This document shows, piece after piece, positions 63,834 to 64,000 of a DNA stretch of 64,000 nucleotides (the first letter of the stretch is position 1; every line of letters begins with the position of its first letter). The notes beneath the pieces were generated by a model that had not been told where the DNA came from, did not search any database, and saw only the letters and a list, made by a program, of their open reading frames with translations. Source of the DNA: Octopus bimaculoides (lineage: Eukaryota); assembly GCF_001194135.2 (NCBI RefSeq), contig NC_068984.1, positions 10,011,298 through 10,075,297 of the forward strand, given 5' to 3'. The position numbers and the translations under genes are program-made.

Positions 63834-64000
63834 TAGATTACAACAGAAATTATACAGGAAAAAGTAAAGAATGGGGCCAAAAAAGTAAGATAATGCTGGA
63901 AAAGTTTAGGGAGAGCAGCATAGAGGAATGCAAAGCTCTAATTGTGGAGGGAACCTGTGGAAATGGCAGAGCCAGGAAGACATGGGATGAAGGGGTGAGA

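Overview
AT-rich, microsatellite- and SINE-dense animal genomic DNA with several N-gaps. The repeat landscape suggests a coleoid cephalopod (Octopus-like); this is inference, with no database search run. One host gene is supportable: a minus-strand atypical dual-specificity phosphatase (DUSP3/VHR-13-26-29 type). It has three coding exons (49161-49019, 47871-47648, 46313-46117), phase-consistent GT-AG junctions, 187 aa and an intact HCQMGVSRS P-loop. The rest is mostly mobile DNA: a near-full-length but broken Neptune-type Penelope-like element (RT + Cys linker + GIY-YIG), RTE, CR1/L2, R4/Dong and CRE fragments, three tRNA-headed SINE families (my labels A, B, C), several MITEs and a 5S rRNA pseudogene. 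The most interesting signals are (i) several minimal hammerhead-ribozyme motifs, one nearly canonical at 3148-3206 and others in the tail of a tRNA-headed SINE, (ii) an inverted RT duplication that shares the inactivating stop in the YLDD motif, (iii) YCAY-dense and partly complementary repeat tracts flanking DUSP exon 2, and (iv) recurrent SINE heterodimers. Repeat boundaries were read by eye and are approximate (about +/-10-20 bp).
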